Shown here: positions 32,916 to 35,776 of the stretch, in pieces
How positions within the stretch are numbered: the first letter of the stretch is position 1
Layout of the letters: every line of letters starts with the position of its first letter
Source of the DNA: Octopus bimaculoides
Lineage: Eukaryota
Direction: 5' to 3'
Assembly: GCF_001194135.2 (NCBI RefSeq)
Contig: NC_068983.1
Location: 127,526,440 to 127,562,215, forward strand
Length of the DNA: 35,776 nt
Position numbers and translations under genes: made by a program
Notes under the pieces: model-generated
What the model saw: the letters and a program-made list of their open reading frames with translations, nothing else
What the model was told of the DNA's origin: nothing
Database searches by the model: none

Positions 32916-34092
32916 AACCATCAATAAATAAATTCATCTATGTCAGATAGTATGTATGTATTCTGGGTCTACCAAGGATGTGGTCTACATGTTTGCTTGT
33001 TTGTTCCTCTTTATATCATTTCAAGTGCTCCAATAACTATAGGTAATGGTTTTTGAGATGGCATATCATTCCGATTTCGATCACTGGGTGTTTATACCTG
33101 TTAAGTGTTTCAAACGCTTTTAGAGTATGACTGTATATATATATATACATGTGTGTGTGTGCACTTGCAAAATGCCAACATGGAGGCCTTTATTTGTATA
33201 TGGGATTTCCTTGGAAAATCCTGAGTACTGAATTTTCCTAATCACTCAATATCACTCCGGAAAAAAAATGAAACATTATCATTAGGTAATGTAAGTCCTT
33301 CACAGCACTAAAATCTTATGGCAAGCTGGACTGAACGTCACTGATCACGCTTATTTGGTAACGTTTCAACTGGAACTAAGTACCTAGAACAACAATATGC
33401 AAGAAAGGAATTACACTTACACGAACCTAGAATCCCATAAAAAAAAAAAAACAGATCACAATTTCAAAATTAAAAATGGTCTACAAAATTGATGGTTAGA
33501 AACAAATTACGAGGGAGAAATAGTACTTCTAGGTGATCCCGAATGTACACTTCATCACCGTATGGCTTCATAATTGATGAGCCGTAACAGTATTCGGAAG
33601 ATTCGGTAATCGTGTTATTCCTGTCTAAAAACATTCACAATGGTGTCATTTTCAAATGTATATTTCGACCGATGATGTATTGCTTCAGTACATGATCCCA
33701 TATTTATCATAAGAGATACCATCCTAAATTGATTTACAATTTTACGACTAACCACGCTACATTTTACTTGAAGAAACAGGATGTGAACCATTTTCCCGTA
33801 TACCTATTTCTGCATGGAGCTATTTTAAAACAAATCGATCAAAATGTGCATACATACACAGACACACGGACATACAAATAAACAGATGTATAGACAAACA
33901 CACAGACACATACAGACACACACACTTACATCCCGCACACACATATAAATACACGTTCATTTACATTTATAAATTCCTACATACAAATAATTTTATGCGA
34001 TACTTTTACAGGAAATAAAATTTTAATATATATATATATATTTAAATGTTAACCTAAGTCACCTCAGTCAATAGGACCTTTCATTAATCAGA

Positions 34093-34247
<155 letters not shown>

Positions 34248-35484
34248 CAGGCACACACACAAATATAGCTTGACTCGTATGCCTCATCTGCTGTAAACCG
34301 TTGATGTAGCTCACGTTACAAAGGTGTTTCAAGCATCACTGCTTCAGACCTCAAAATGAAATGACAACCTAAATAATTATGATTGCACGTATCGTCAGCC
34401 TTTTAGCTGGGATTTCTGTCCACACATTGTATACGTAGGTATGAAAAGTATGGAGCTGATAATTTGAATACAGTCATTCTTTGCATCATTAAAAACAGGG
34501 CTTGCGTGTGGATGTGGTAGTATGCCAATAACTTACGCTTGGCAATGTTAAATTTGATACAATAATAATTTATACATGAATATACATAGATATATAAATA
34601 TACATACATATACACACGTACATACATGTGGGTATATGTATTTTCTTTTTGGTGTGTTTCATGATATTAATTTTTCAAACATATATATTATCATTTATTA
34701 ATTCATATATGTCTCTATGTGAGCGTCTGGTTGTGTATATATCTAATATTATTTTAAGTATTTGTGTGTTTATTATTTTTTCACAATCATTCCAATCAAT
34801 ATAATTTCATTATTTTAAATTAATATCTATTTTAAATGTTACATATTTTACTGTTTCAATTTAATATATGCTTCTCATATATTACATTTATATTATAGTA
34901 GTTTAAATGATTTTTTGATGATTTCTTCCTGGTACCAAACACAAAGAAAACACATTTTATTGAGTTTGGAACGCTTTACGGCATTAATTTATTTCGTATA
35001 ATTTACTAATTTTGTAATTTTGTTTCCATTATTGTGTGGACTATTTTGATATGTATATAACTTTGGAAATTTTTTTACATCAAATTAGTAATTAATTCAA
35101 TTATGTCATAATTTATAGGTTCAATTTAATATATATTGAATGTAATATGTTTATTTTAATACCTAAATATTTATCAATACTGTATGAAACATTTTTTATT
35201 TCCATTTGAAAAGTTTTGGATAGTTATCTTTCTAAATTTTCTGAATATATTACTACTACTTCTACTTAAGTAATCGCTTTATTTCCTAATATGAAAATAT
35301 TTTTTCATTTGTTCTAAAATACGCTTTATGTTCCTATCTTGTTACAAGTCTTCTTATTGTTAATGCATACATGTTTCTAAATTAAGTTTCTTTTGATAGA
35401 TACAGCATGATAACAATTTATGCAGAAGGATATATACCACAGGTTTATTAGTATTAAATTTACCTCACTATACATATAAATGAA

Positions 35485-35546
35485 ATACACACACGCGCAC
35501 ATACACACACAGAGACACACACAAACACACTCAGACAAACACACAC

Positions 35547-35582
<36 letters not shown>
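35485..35582. repeat. (CA)/(TA) microsatellite
   Basis: Read directly. Confidence 0.95.
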
Positions 35583-35587
<5 letters not shown>

Positions 35588-35776
35588 TGAGGATACGTAT
35601 ATGTATTCCTGTCCATCTGGGTTTCTGTATGTGTGCATCACTACTAAAACTCCAGAACTACCCAATCGATTTCATTCAAATTATACACATCCCAAAAATC
35701 TCAAATTCTGGCCTAATGTGAGCCCAGAAGAAACTATTGGACTGTTTTGGTATTGCAAGTCAAAAGTGAAACAATA

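Noticed and set aside
34290-34445. Micro-exon candidates on both strands
   Set aside because: The minus candidate has stops in all frames; the 32-nt plus candidate is too short to support.
35620-35776. Start of a repeat resembling non-autonomous Helitron/DNA-transposon ends (CAATCGATTTCATTCAAATT)
   Set aside because: Truncated by the window edge; insufficient evidence to classify.

Overview
AT-rich, microsatellite-dense, gapped animal genomic DNA. I recognise its SINE families and simple-repeat landscape as octopus/coleoid-cephalopod-like (inference from memory, not a database search). I could not identify any intact protein-coding gene, and most ORFs in the supplied track are microsatellite, N-gap or antisense artefacts. 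The window is a layered graveyard of degraded mobile elements. These include several R4/Dong-like (RLE-type) LINE pieces embedded in trinucleotide repeats, the 5' half of an L1/Tx1-like LINE, a CR1-like RT fragment, a piggyBac fossil, a ~2.8 kb hAT transposon with both TIRs, the 3' end of a Helitron, and about a dozen tRNA-type SINE copies. The most interesting signal is not in the ORF track: six minimal type-I hammerhead-ribozyme-like motifs of two families, in Penelope-type non-coding repeats. One of them (minus strand, 32498-32539) has intact stems and a U3-A8 core variant, while its homologue at 18569-18599 has the canonical C3-G8 pair. There are also weak hints of host-gene structure: a CpG-rich segment with a strong splice donor near 9.2-9.7 kb, a CCAAT/E2F-like cluster near 29.5 kb, and one candidate exon. 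All protein-family assignments are by-eye motif matches.
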